NCBI GenBank assembly: GCA_965644495.1 | Contig: CBFFSA010000002.1 | Coordinates: forward strand, 372,001 to 436,000 | From: Perkinsela sp. CCAP 1560/9 | Lineage: Eukaryota > Protista > Euglenozoa: Kinetoplastea | DNA length: 64,000 nt | Direction: 5' to 3' | Shown here: one piece after another, positions 1-10,611 of the stretch | How positions within the stretch are numbered: the first letter of the stretch is position 1 | Layout: the number at the start of each line of letters is the position of its first letter | Program-made: the position numbers and the translations under genes | The notes under the pieces: model-generated | Told to the model about the DNA's origin: nothing | Database searches by the model: none | What the model saw: the letters and a program-made list of their open reading frames with translations, nothing else

Positions 1-752
1 GGTGTTTGAGGATTTGGATGGTCCTTTTTATTATTTTTAATTAACATATTTTGGCTATTTTTATTCTTTGGGTTATCTTTATGATGATCATAGTCATGGT
101 GAGCACCGTGATGGGGGTGACGACGCCCTGGGGAGGTGTGGGAGGGGAGAGGGGCCAAGGGCATGGGCTCAGGAGAGGAACTCACCGAGGCGACACCGTG
201 GGGGTAGGGCAGGAGGGGGAGTGCGCTGTGGTGGGGGGGATCGGTACTCGTGTAGCGTAGTGTGGTGGGGGAGAGGGTGGTGGGGGGGAGGACCACACGG
301 TGGTGTGATTCCGGTGGGGGAGGGGGAGGTTCCGGGGTGGCGACGGCGAGAGGGGTGGGGACATGGGAAATGCCCCAACCGGAGGGGTCGTTGGGGTGAC
401 CACGGAGGGGGTTGTCGGAGGCCTCGGAGTGGGGGGTGTCGTGGGGGCAACCTGCGGTGCGTTTGGACTCTTTTTGGAGTTTGTGGAGCTCGGTTTGGAG
501 TTTGCAGCGTTCCGCGATCATTTTGAGATCTCCAGCTTTCCACGTTTCGAGGTCATTGGCTAGGAAATCACAGTTCGCTTTGATGTTTTCCAGCTGGGAA
601 ATAATGGACAGGACAGATTCGAGTGAAGCAATTTCATTTTCCGTCGTTTTTTTGTTAGGTTTGGGCTTCGTTTCTGATGATTGTCGAACTTCAACAATAA
701 CCTTCTCCAAGGACCTCACAATGTCAGACAATTTCTCAGAGGAGTCATCCAT
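1..752 (-). CDS. Partial hypothetical protein (N-terminal coiled coil, then Pro/His/Thr-rich); runs off the window start
   Basis: Not in the ORF track. Manual reading from ATG at 752 (MDDSSEKLSDIVRSLEKVIVEVRQ...) finds no stop down to base 1; same strand as all neighbours. Confidence 0.7.
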   Translation of the reverse strand, partial: MDDSSEKLSDIVRSLEKVIVEVRQSSETKPKPNKKTTENEIASLESVLSIISQLENIKANCDFLANDLETWKAGDLKMIAERCKLQTELHKLQKESKRTAGCPHDTPHSEASDNPLRGHPNDPSGWGISHVPTPLAVATPEPPPPPPESHHRVVLPPTTLSPTTLRYTSTDPPHHSALPLLPYPHGVASVSSSPEPMPLAPLPSHTSPGRRHPHHGAHHDYDHHKDNPKNKNSQNMLIKNNKKDHPNPQT

Positions 753-932
753 CTGTGAAAAAAATGTTTGTTTATTGAAATTGAAGTGCAGATCCAAATA
801 GTTTATAGTTAATTAAAAAAGTACGAAACTGTAACCCGTACGAATCTGGGGATATAAAACAACGGATGTGTACACATTAGAATTCTGTACGAGATCCTTT
901 TGGAAGACCTTTTAGTCTAAAGCTCCTGTGGT

Positions 933-2690
933 TCAAAGGTAACTTTTTGCGAGCTCAGCCAGAAGAGCAACGAAAGGGCGCAGAAAAAATCTTTTCATTG
1001 CGCTATACAGGTGTTCGTTTGGTTTCCGTAATGGAGTAACATCATCAATTAGTGAAGCCCGCTTAAAAATATAATTTCTCTCTTCGGAAAAGCATTTTTG
1101 TAGCTCGGAATTGGCTGTCAAAATAAGGATATTCAGCTCCAAGTCCCTTTCTTCTGACCGTTTACCCAAATTGCTGCTTCCGATGGTCATGGCAGGACAT
1201 CTTGAATGCCGCTTTGCTTCAAGATTTCTCGGGTCATGTGAAGAATCGCGCGCATATTTCCTTGCTGCGCATTCCTGTAGTGTAAGCCAGAACCCTTTTC
1301 CGTGATAAGTAGAATCCGCCTTTTCCCAAGTCCAAAGTTTCAAGCGATGTGATTGCCCATAATCCCGTACAATACGATGAAAAGAGCGAGCGAGGTAAGC
1401 ATACATACGAGGAACAAAACGAGTAATCCCAGTGCCCCCGTGAAAAGAATTGCATTCCAGGGCGGAAGTAATAATATGCACCTCATTCCTCGCTTCTTGA
1501 AGAGTTGTGCGTAAAACTTCGTTTGTAAAATTAAAATAGGCGCTAGATATGACAGCATGACTGCTAGGTATAGTCCGTGCATGCTGCAATAAACGTACAG
1601 TAACAATGCTGTCGTAGAAAAGACCGACGGTTCCAAGTTGAAGATACGGAAAAATCACAGTATCTGTTACTGTTGACGTCACAGGAGCTGGTCTGCAAAA
1701 GGGACTAAGGACATCATATAGAGAGATGTTTGTATTCACTAAATTCGCCACTTTAATGAGAGAGTCAGATGTACATGTACTTCCAATACTACCTGTAGCA
1801 TCCATGCATCCGTTCATTTGCGAATGCGCGTAGTTCCATAGTGCTTCGGCAAGTTTGAGGCACCAATCGCAGAGATCCGGCTCGTCACGAATTTTCATGT
1901 ACCGATCCGTACGTGACGTGAAGTAGTGCTCAGAGAGATTGGCACCTGACCATAGAACTGTGTTATCAGAAACGTACATTTTAATGTGAAAAACACCCGC
2001 AAATTCTCGCAACTTTTTATTGTTGACCCAATTTACCCAAAAAGGTGTCATTGGGACTCGAAAAAGTGCGTAGTAAACGCGATCCGGAAAAGATTTCTTC
2101 AATTCTTCGAAGAATACTGCAGCATACTCCCCACTACGCTTCATTCGATTGTAATCAAAGATGAGATACACCTTAAGTAAGGGCATTTTTTCTAGCTGAG
2201 CGCGTAGTAACTTCAAGAGCAATCTTTCAGCATTGGTATTGCCGCTGAAATAAAGAGATGCCAGAACTAACCGTCTTGTCGCCGTAGTAATTAGATTCTG
2301 CAGCTCACGATAAAAATTGTGAGGTCCATCAAGAAAATTCAAGTGCGAAGAGCAAACAAAGAATGGGGGCAAATTTAAGGACAACTCACGAAAAAACGAG
2401 CCGAGTCTGGCAAACGTATAGACCTCTGATCCCTCCACGGATAATGAAGTTGATTGGGATTCTCTCTGTAAAATCATTTCCGACGAGTTGGTATTATCCA
2501 GCACTTCGTCAATGGGAGTTGTTGAATCTTTTACATCAGAAGAGGGAATCTCTGAGTCAAGCTGCATCCAATAAACGTATCTTCCGCTGTCCAATTTTAG
2601 CTGACCATTACAGGAGCACTTCTTTTTTAGCTGTATGCTTTTACATAGTTTGCATAAGCGCGAAACACAAACTAATATTAAACCAAACAT
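933..2690 (-). CDS. PGS1: PLD-family phosphatidylglycerophosphate synthase
   Basis: HKD motif FHIKMYVSD...SGANLSEHYF..RTDRY; second motif TYHGKGFW...IGSSNLGKRSEERDLE typical of Pgs1. True start probably a downstream ATG. Confidence 0.9.
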   Translation of the reverse strand: MFGLILVCVSRLCKLCKSIQLKKKCSCNGQLKLDSGRYVYWMQLDSEIPSSDVKDSTTPIDEVLDNTNSSEMILQRESQSTSLSVEGSEVYTFARLGSFFRELSLNLPPFFVCSSHLNFLDGPHNFYRELQNLITTATRRLVLASLYFSGNTNAERLLLKLLRAQLEKMPLLKVYLIFDYNRMKRSGEYAAVFFEELKKSFPDRVYYALFRVPMTPFWVNWVNNKKLREFAGVFHIKMYVSDNTVLWSGANLSEHYFTSRTDRYMKIRDEPDLCDWCLKLAEALWNYAHSQMNGCMDATGSIGSTCTSDSLIKVANLVNTNISLYDVLSPFCRPAPVTSTVTDTVIFPYLQLGTVGLFYDSIVTVRLLQHARTIPSSHAVISSAYFNFTNEVLRTTLQEARNEVHIITSALECNSFHGGTGITRFVPRMYAYLARSFHRIVRDYGQSHRLKLWTWEKADSTYHGKGFWLTLQECAARKYARDSSHDPRNLEAKRHSRCPAMTIGSSNLGKRSEERDLELNILILTANSELQKCFSEERNYIFKRASLIDDVTPLRKPNEHLYSAMKRFFLRPFVALLAELAKSYL

Positions 2691-3498
2691 CTCGCGCTAG
2701 AGGAGACTCCACGAAATCGTGCACGTGGGTAGCATAGGGAAATGAAGTCCACTTTCGATATTCCTGGCCATCATGCAAGGAACCAAAAACTAGATACAGT
2801 ATGTGTCTACATACAGTAGGTGTAGTATGGCGTCTGGAACACATTGATGTACCAGTATTTTGATGTATAATTTATGACATGTAAATTTCGTTTATAAAGT
2901 TATTTTTGTACGAAGTACAAGATACATTTAACAGAAAGGTTACGAAAAGGACTTTTGCTCTTTCTCACTATGACCTCATTACGACCAATACCAAGGTAAC
3001 TTCTAATTTTTTTGTTCCTCTTCGCTGCACCTCGACCAAAGATTTTCAAAACGGCTGCCTATGAACTTAGGCGACGAAGCATTGAATCCACCTTTCAATG
3101 GATTTTTTACTGTTTCGGGACATTGGAAGACATACAGCATCGCATCTGCAATACTGACTTCATAGCTGCGGGTAAGACGTCACAAACAAGCTCGTTCTCC
3201 AGTAATCTCGTCCTCCAAGAATGATTGATGAAATAAAAAGCGTAGTTGTGATTCCGCTCTTATTATCTAAGTAACAAGAGTACAGTAGTGAGGTGTTCTG
3301 ATCACAGTCACATGGGATATATTCGAAGGTGAATGTGGTAGCTCAATTAGTGTTTCGGAATAGCAAGTTCGGGAGATTACTGAACTCCAGTAAAGGTTGA
3401 AAAGGGGGTCTTTTTTACAAAAGAATTGAAAGGTGTTAAGTCGAAGAGTTCGATTTTGATCCCGAAATCGCGTAGCAAGGCATAAAATTCAATGAAAT

Positions 3499-4437
3499 TC
3501 AAGGCCCCTTGAAGGAATTCTCTGAATCGAAAAGACTCCCTTCTAGCCAATCACTATCTTCTAATTCCGAAGTCTCCGTGGCGACTCCCTTATCGTTAGG
3601 CGTCACCTTAACGGTTTCGGCACTTTGCAATTCCCCTACCTCAAGCTCCTGGAACTCTAATGAGTCTTCCGTTGTAAAGGTCGAACAAGCATCCTCAGAT
3701 GTTTTATCTTCCGTAATGGTAATATTCGCCTGCATTTCTAATTCAACTTCTGTGTTAATTTCTGTTCCCAATTTTTCCGTGAGCATCTCGCCTGCGTTCA
3801 GAGAATCATGAACATCATCCGAAAAATTTATAGAGCTGTCCTCGACCGCAATACTCTCTAATGTTTCATCCTTCGACATATTAAGATGATGGGGATTATC
3901 GGATGATTTCCTTGAATCAAAATTTTCGCCCATTTTATCTTTTTGCTGACTGCAATCGATATGGTCAGCTCGAGCTCTTGATTCTTTGCCCAAAACGGAA
4001 ATGAGGGATATAGGAGAGTAGCTCTTCATCTCTTCCGCGCTAGAATCAGAGACGGTGATAGTTGGGATATCCCCATAATCAGTCAACTCGGGAGATTCGG
4101 TTTCACAAACGAATCTTTCAGTATGTGAAACGTACGTTATCGAAGATATGTTGGTTTTCGAAGATGTATTTGTACTGTCACCATCGGAAACATTCGTGAC
4201 TGGAACGTCGCCATCAGCTTTGAGCGATTTGCTACCCATTTTTGAACGGGAGACGTCATCTGGAAAAGTGTCCAGAGAACTACCGGATTTTAATAATCGG
4301 AACGTGAAATTGTAGTACCTTCTTTGATAAGAGATGATGGCTTCATTCGGTGTGTTTCTCAAAAGAAAGCAATGTCGCAATGCGCTGGCGTACTGCATTC
4401 GTAACCGCGTTGTGGCAACGGAAAACGAATATTGCAT
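3499..4437 (-). CDS. Hypothetical acidic low-complexity protein, possible mitochondrial presequence
   Basis: 312-aa ORF on the cluster strand; Arg-rich N-terminus, Ser/Glu/Asp-rich body. Confidence 0.6.
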   Translation of the reverse strand: MQYSFSVATTRLRMQYASALRHCFLLRNTPNEAIISYQRRYYNFTFRLLKSGSSLDTFPDDVSRSKMGSKSLKADGDVPVTNVSDGDSTNTSSKTNISSITYVSHTERFVCETESPELTDYGDIPTITVSDSSAEEMKSYSPISLISVLGKESRARADHIDCSQQKDKMGENFDSRKSSDNPHHLNMSKDETLESIAVEDSSINFSDDVHDSLNAGEMLTEKLGTEINTEVELEMQANITITEDKTSEDACSTFTTEDSLEFQELEVGELQSAETVKVTPNDKGVATETSELEDSDWLEGSLFDSENSFKGP

Positions 4438-4763
4438 TCGAATTCAGATGAAAATAAGATTGTAAAATAAGATTGTAAAAGATCCCAACATTTTATGTAC
4501 TAGTTTTAGAAAGTAGCGTGCATAAACAAAAATCGATCCTTGGATAAACACGTAATATTTGCTGTGTGAAATACTATTTGCTGTGGGACACACGAATAAA
4601 AAATGAGTAAAACTTTAGCGACGAAGCGTTTGCCAAAGATATCTTACACTCGCAGTTTTCGAGCTGACAAATTTCCAAAAAAAGCCATGTAATACGTCAT
4701 AAAATTTGTGTAAAGCATACTGTAAGATATGAGATTTACACCACTAAAACAATAATAGAAGTT

Positions 4764-6938
4764 TCAATAAGATCTTCCGAACAAAACTTCAAACTTTGCG
4801 ATTTCATTACATCCCGGAAATATGCACTTCTGGTCGCTAACATTGTGCGTTTGATCAAAAGGTATGCAAAGTGCCTTGGCCCCCATGCTTGGAGCCCGCG
4901 TATCCTCTTCATCAGCCTGTAGCAGTTGCTTGCTTTCCTCCGCACTCACCTTCTTAATATTGTCTTCACATACTTCTCTACCACACCACGGAGAAAGAAG
5001 GCAACATTTTTTGTTCAAGACAGATACAAATTCCACCCAATTCGACACCCTCATTATTCTTTCCTTACGAACTGCTTGAGCTCTTTCAAACATCTCCTTC
5101 TGAATGCGCTCAAGCACCACGTTAATGTCAGATACTAAGTAATTCTTCCTTACGGTTGTCTTAATTCCGTCGTGCCGCAGACACACTGTGTACGTCTGAC
5201 CATCCAGCTCTTTGGGACCGAACTCAATTCTCAGTGGCACTCCTTTGAGCTCCCAGTAGTTGTATTTCCAGCCAGGGGAATAGTGCACTCGGGTATCCGC
5301 ATGAACCCGCACATCCTGGTCCCCCAGTTCACGCGCTAATTTGTTCACGCTAGAAAGTAATCGTTGACGCAAATCGGCGTCCATGGAGGCCGTAATACCG
5401 CACGGGATAATGACAACCTGGTAGGGAGCCACACGCGGTGGTAATACCAGACCTTTATCATCACCGTGTACCATGATAAGTAACCCGAGAGAGCGCGTGG
5501 TTAGACCCCAGCTGTTCTGCCACACCAAGCGTTTCTGTTTTTTATCGTCCTCAAATTCAATGCCAAACATTTTGGCAAAATTTTGCCCTAGACAATGTGA
5601 AGTAGCCGCCTGACAGCCGCGGCCAGTGGAGGGGACAAAGGCTTCGACAGTTGTTGTGTACAGACCTCCGGCAAACTTTTCCTTTTCGGTTTTCGTACCA
5701 GGAATAACGGGGACTGCAAGCAACTCTTCGTACACCCGTCTGTATAGCCCTAAAATTTCCGTTACTTCCGCACCAGCTTGTTCTTGGCTCTCCCATGCGG
5801 TGTGACCTTCTTGCCACAGAAACTCACGCGTGCGAATAAACGGAGTAGGGTGACTGAATTCCCATCTCACGACGTTGCACCACTGGTTTAATCGCAGGGG
5901 CAAATCTCGGTGACTACGAATCCATTTTGCATAACTCGGGTACATTACTGTTTCCGAGGTGGGACGAATTGCAATAGGTTCGGAAAGGTCCGAGTTCCCG
6001 CTTTTGGTGACCCATGCCACCTCGGCGGCAAAACCTTCAATGTGCCCCATTTCACGCTCAAGACCACTCTTGCTCACAAACATTGGAAAATAGCAGTTTT
6101 TCACACCTATAGCTTTGATGCGACGGTCAAACCAAGACTTTACGTTCTCCCATATTTCATACGCCCACGGACGAAGAATGTAGCACCCAGAAATATCATA
6201 GTACTCGATCAGCTCCGACCTTGTTAAGATTTGACTGTACCACTCAACGAAATTAGTTTCCTTTCGTACCTCTAAACCAAGACGAGAAATACCCGCTTCG
6301 ATGTGACCTTTCTTTTCCGCTACAGCATTTTTCCCAACGTTAGATGAAATTCCGTCTGGTAAGCCTTCCAGCTTTACGTTTAAGACTTCGCCAGAAAGGT
6401 TTCGAGTAACACACTGGAGGAATTCTCTCTTAGTCAAAAATACAGACCCCGACCCTTCGACATCAAGACATGCAAGGAGAGAATCGTCAGGAAGCTGCAA
6501 AATTTCGTTGTCCAGCGCAATTGATACCGGTGACTCACCAGGAAAAGACGGAAGAGCGTCGATACACAGTGCAGAAAGAGGATGCGGTGCATCTGCACCA
6601 AAGATTCTGTGAATAACCTCCTTTGAAGCTACACGAACAGCATCTTTTTTGACTCCAAGCTGCGAAGCCAGAGTCTTTAAATCCGCGCTCTTATCCGAGG
6701 AAAGTGAAAATAACATGGGTAGTGCACCCTTTATGGCCAACAACATCGTCTTTATAGGAAATGAGTTGTTTTCTTCACTTTTGACGTACGCGTTCCACGT
6801 CGCCAAATCCATTGGTTTATGTGGTAGCTTTCGCTGAATCACACACGATTGGTTAATTTGATTCATTGATTTTAGAAAAATACTGTAAAACATACAGAGC
6901 GTTGAATGTTGTATAAATAATGTTCGATATTTGGCCAA
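4764..6938 (-). CDS. ProRS: Prolyl-tRNA synthetase, eukaryote/archaeal type, with N-terminal extension
   Basis: AIRPTSET, LNQWCNVVRWE, FIRTREFLWQEGHT, QNSWGLTTR, C-terminal FGRSY. Likely ATG at 6812 or slightly upstream. Confidence 0.97.
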   Translation of the reverse strand: MAKYRTLFIQHSTLCMFYSIFLKSMNQINQSCVIQRKLPHKPMDLATWNAYVKSEENNSFPIKTMLLAIKGALPMLFSLSSDKSADLKTLASQLGVKKDAVRVASKEVIHRIFGADAPHPLSALCIDALPSFPGESPVSIALDNEILQLPDDSLLACLDVEGSGSVFLTKREFLQCVTRNLSGEVLNVKLEGLPDGISSNVGKNAVAEKKGHIEAGISRLGLEVRKETNFVEWYSQILTRSELIEYYDISGCYILRPWAYEIWENVKSWFDRRIKAIGVKNCYFPMFVSKSGLEREMGHIEGFAAEVAWVTKSGNSDLSEPIAIRPTSETVMYPSYAKWIRSHRDLPLRLNQWCNVVRWEFSHPTPFIRTREFLWQEGHTAWESQEQAGAEVTEILGLYRRVYEELLAVPVIPGTKTEKEKFAGGLYTTTVEAFVPSTGRGCQAATSHCLGQNFAKMFGIEFEDDKKQKRLVWQNSWGLTTRSLGLLIMVHGDDKGLVLPPRVAPYQVVIIPCGITASMDADLRQRLLSSVNKLARELGDQDVRVHADTRVHYSPGWKYNYWELKGVPLRIEFGPKELDGQTYTVCLRHDGIKTTVRKNYLVSDINVVLERIQKEMFERAQAVRKERIMRVSNWVEFVSVLNKKCCLLSPWCGREVCEDNIKKVSAEESKQLLQADEEDTRAPSMGAKALCIPFDQTHNVSDQKCIFPGCNEIAKFEVLFGRSY

Positions 6939-7317
6939 GGTAGTCTTTTCGCTTCATCCACCATGTACCTTGTATGTTCAAAAAGGTAAATAGCACTGAA
7001 TGTTGGCTGGGTTGTATATTAATAATATAGATATATGAAATAATTTCTGTATCCTTTCTTTATTCTCCACTTGTTGCCTATAATATTTCTAGATCTAGCA
7101 TTGTGCTTTTGAGAGCAATTCCTTGAGTAAAAAAGCACGATTTATTGCATTGCTCAACTATGCTTCGCTACATCACCTCGATTTGCCTCTGTGCGCTATT
7201 CACGAAGACGCGTATTGTCAAACGTAGTGTCCAGCGAACAATTATAGAAGTATAAAAAGTAGTAAACACTACCTTAAGAGAAGGTCTTCTAAAAGACTTT
7301 CGTAATGAATTATAACG

Positions 7318-8886
7318 TCATCGATAAGATTTTTCGTAACTAGAGTGACGGTAAGATCGTTCTGAATGACGAGATCGGTATCCACCACTGTCCTCTGACT
7401 CACGAGTGCTTCTTCTCCTTTCCCCTCGATACTCATTAGATTTTCCTTTTCGATCATCTCTAATGCGAGATTCACGATCACGATCCGGCGAGCGTGAGGA
7501 TCGTCTCCTGACGATTTCTGATCTGTGACTCCTGTCTTCACGGCCTCTACGGGACGATGAGTTGTTCCCTGGGGAGCAGTGGTAATCTCGACCATGCTTT
7601 GAAGAGGAGGTTGCGCGTGCTACTTTAGGACTACGACTAGGACTACGACTTCCAGCTCTCCTTTTCCAAGAATGATGTTGCGAACCATTTCTGTATGGTA
7701 TGCGACTGTCTCGCGAAGAAGCATCACTCACTTCAGGTCTATCGGACGCATTTCTACGTGCGCTTGGCGTTGAGGATGTATATGCCTCTTTTCCTTTATT
7801 TGATTCCAAGCTATCCAACGGATCAAAGGAGTGACCGGACTGAGATAATTTCCGAGAAAAGATGCTTTCGTTCTTTTCATCTAATTTCACTTGAGTACCA
7901 GAACTAGAATCCTCCGTCAAACTCTCTGACTGAAGTATTTTCATAGTCAAGCGAGCTGTACGTCGAGCCTCTTTTTGTTCCAGCTGTAATCGAAGTAGTT
8001 GAGTTGTTGACAATTGTGTAGGCTGTCCGGTTGAATCAAAGTGGACAATTTGTTGTAGACGATCCAACTTGCCCATAGCCTTAAGTTCAAAATATCGCTT
8101 ACCTACAGCTTCACGAAGTTCGGACTCCAAGCGATGCAGTAGCGTACAGTTTGGACGATCACATGTTAGTGATTGAAAATAGTTTTTACATATCAATCTT
8201 GAATAAAGTTGAATTGGTTCGGCATGAGCTAAGTCAGGAATATGTGGGTCACACACCAAAACAATACCCTGTAAAGGAGTAATTAGCCACCGGGACGAAT
8301 CCCATGGCCGTCCCTGTACGACTTCCTCGAATCGTCGAAGCCAGAGAATTACTCGATTCGTGGAAAAAGTGGCTAACCAAAATCGAGGTTGTGTCTTTAC
8401 CCATTCAGCAATTTTTTCCGTGCTGACGCATGGTTCCTTCTGTTCCGAAATATCAACTGACTCTGGAATGGTTCCCACTGTATTTTCGCGCCGTAATCGT
8501 TTTCTTACTTCTGTTTGAATCTCCTTTTCGCCTTTATGGAGGTGGGGGCAACTTTGTTGAAGTAAGCATTCTGACGCAATGAGGTAAGACACACATATCG
8601 AACGGACGAAAATTTGAACCGGTGGTTGTGGAAGTTGTTCGGAAGCTGGATCAATAACGAGCGAGAACGCGGTACTAAGTCGCTGCACAATCGTATCGTC
8701 GCGGGGAATGTATTGCGGACACCAGTACGTGCCTGGCGTGTTTCCGTAGTGTGCCAATACGAAGTGTTGTGGCGGCTCATGATGTACTTTGGGAAGCGCT
8801 TCGGCACTTAAACTCACTGAATTCTTTTCCGAGTCTCTTCCCAGACCACTCATAGTGTATGAAAGCCTTGATTTATCTTTTGACAA
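7318..8886 (-). CDS. CCCH zinc-finger protein with RS-rich C-terminus
   Basis: C-x8-C-x5-C-x3-H (CVSYLIASECLLQQSCPHLH) and C-x8-C-x4-C-x3-H (CKNYFQSLTCDRPNCTLLH); Arg/Ser-rich tail. Confidence 0.75.
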   Translation of the reverse strand: MSKDKSRLSYTMSGLGRDSEKNSVSLSAEALPKVHHEPPQHFVLAHYGNTPGTYWCPQYIPRDDTIVQRLSTAFSLVIDPASEQLPQPPVQIFVRSICVSYLIASECLLQQSCPHLHKGEKEIQTEVRKRLRRENTVGTIPESVDISEQKEPCVSTEKIAEWVKTQPRFWLATFSTNRVILWLRRFEEVVQGRPWDSSRWLITPLQGIVLVCDPHIPDLAHAEPIQLYSRLICKNYFQSLTCDRPNCTLLHRLESELREAVGKRYFELKAMGKLDRLQQIVHFDSTGQPTQLSTTQLLRLQLEQKEARRTARLTMKILQSESLTEDSSSGTQVKLDEKNESIFSRKLSQSGHSFDPLDSLESNKGKEAYTSSTPSARRNASDRPEVSDASSRDSRIPYRNGSQHHSWKRRAGSRSPSRSPKVARATSSSKHGRDYHCSPGNNSSSRRGREDRSHRSEIVRRRSSRSPDRDRESRIRDDRKGKSNEYRGERRRSTRESEDSGGYRSRHSERSYRHSSYEKSYR

Positions 8887-8936
8887 CCAAATTCAAATTT
8901 TGTGAAATATGAAATGATCAATCCTCAAAATGTGTA

Positions 8937-9274
8937 CTCCCCCTCTGATTAATTTTGATAATAATAAATAAAAGTGACTTATTATTACCATTTATCATTT
9001 ATCAAAATAAATAAGATTTGAAAACAGCTTTCGGGAAAAAATACCCGATTTCTGGGCGAAAACGGCAACTTTTTACCCCAGATTTGGGGCATTTTGGGTA
9101 TTCGAACTGAAAAAATTGTGACTTCGCTGTTCTAGAGAACGAAATATATAGAAACGAGGCAAACAATTGATTTATTATTTATCAAAAATAGAATCTTTTG
9201 ATAAATCATTATCAAAATAATGGGGGAGAAAAATTAAAAAAAAGTCCATTTACCAAAATTAATCAGAGGGGGAG
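8937..9274. mobile_element. MITE, 338 bp, Tc1/mariner-type
   Basis: Perfect 21-bp TIR CTCCCCCTCTGATTAATTTTG (8937-8957 and 9254-9274), TA on both flanks, non-coding AT-rich interior. Confidence 0.88.
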
Positions 9275-9552
9275 TATACTGAAATTATGAAACAAAAAAT
9301 AGCATTGGATCCGTCCGGCTAATAAAAATCATGAATGTTAAACTATTGCGGTGGTTGTATAACTACCGCTCTATCCTCGATTATTGAAAAAAGGGGAACA
9401 AACAAACAGAGAAAGTTCGAGTAATATTGGCTTGACTATGTCAAAAAATATTTATCGTCCTATGATAGGCTATCGTCCGAGACCACCCACTTCGGCAGCA
9501 TAGCTCCCGAAGTCAGAGGTTCAAAACGTTACAAGAGGAAAATTTTCTATAC

Positions 9553-10254
9553 TTATTTTTCTGTATTTTCAGAATGCTCTGCTATCCATTGATGTAAAGA
9601 ATCGTTACTTGTAAAGACTATACTTGTCATCAATTCATGTTCACGACCTTTATAGAAATCGTTACGACATTTTAATAAGAATATACTTGATCCGAATTCA
9701 TCATGGGTTCGAGAAAGATCCCAGCTTGATTCATAGTGCCGCGCAACATCGAGAGCCATGTATGCGAGATGCCAATATGGACGGGTTACCCAGGAGTTCT
9801 CTCCATGCCAAATAAACAAAATATATAGTTGAGTGTAACTAGCAATCCGTAGAGGATTATGAACCATATAATCTATATCCCGTAATAATCCTGACCCCTC
9901 AAGAAGTCCGTGTACACAATGAGCTCGCTCTTCGTGGTGGTTTACACAAAAATTTTCAACCTCTGCATAAGCTTCGCACGACTCATTGGGTAGAATACCT
10001 AAGTCTGATTTAGTAGAATAAAATTCGTGACATCCACACACATTTATTGATTTGGTACCTGAACTACCTCTGCTTGTTCGTACATTAGACGTTTGATCAA
10101 AATCAAAAGGAATCGTGCGCAGACCTTCGAAAGGATTCACGAAAAAGAGAACGTTACGTTCAACGAACTCAAAAGCATCGATTGTAGTTTCTTTCGTACG
10201 ATGAGCCCTTTCTTTCTTATATTTACAACCCCGACGCACTGACCTATTTTCCAT
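9553..10254 (-). CDS. Hypothetical protein
   Basis: 233-aa ATG-initiated ORF on the cluster strand; no motif recognised. Confidence 0.55.
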   Translation of the reverse strand: MENRSVRRGCKYKKERAHRTKETTIDAFEFVERNVLFFVNPFEGLRTIPFDFDQTSNVRTSRGSSGTKSINVCGCHEFYSTKSDLGILPNESCEAYAEVENFCVNHHEERAHCVHGLLEGSGLLRDIDYMVHNPLRIASYTQLYILFIWHGENSWVTRPYWHLAYMALDVARHYESSWDLSRTHDEFGSSIFLLKCRNDFYKGREHELMTSIVFTSNDSLHQWIAEHSENTEK

Positions 10255-10611
10255 GTTATCATACTACAATGTACACGAAAGATCCAGGGGATTTATAACT
10301 ACCTAGAGTAGTATTCTGGAGACATTGCAAGTTATTTTCAATTTATTCCATAGTACATGTAGTAGTGCAATAAATTACCCATTAAATAAGAGGTTCGTAA
10401 ATCCACCATGTTGAAAATTGTAATGCTTCTCATATTTATCGTAGGAAAAAGCTTTTTTTTGCTGGGTTCGCGGTCGAGTACATACCTTATGTATCTATAT
10501 TTTCTTTTGCAAATTTTAGACCCCCTGCAGTAGATGAAAATTTTCACGCCTGTATGTATAAATCTCTTCTAATTCTATGCGTACCTTCATGAGATGGTAT
10601 TTATCAGGGCA

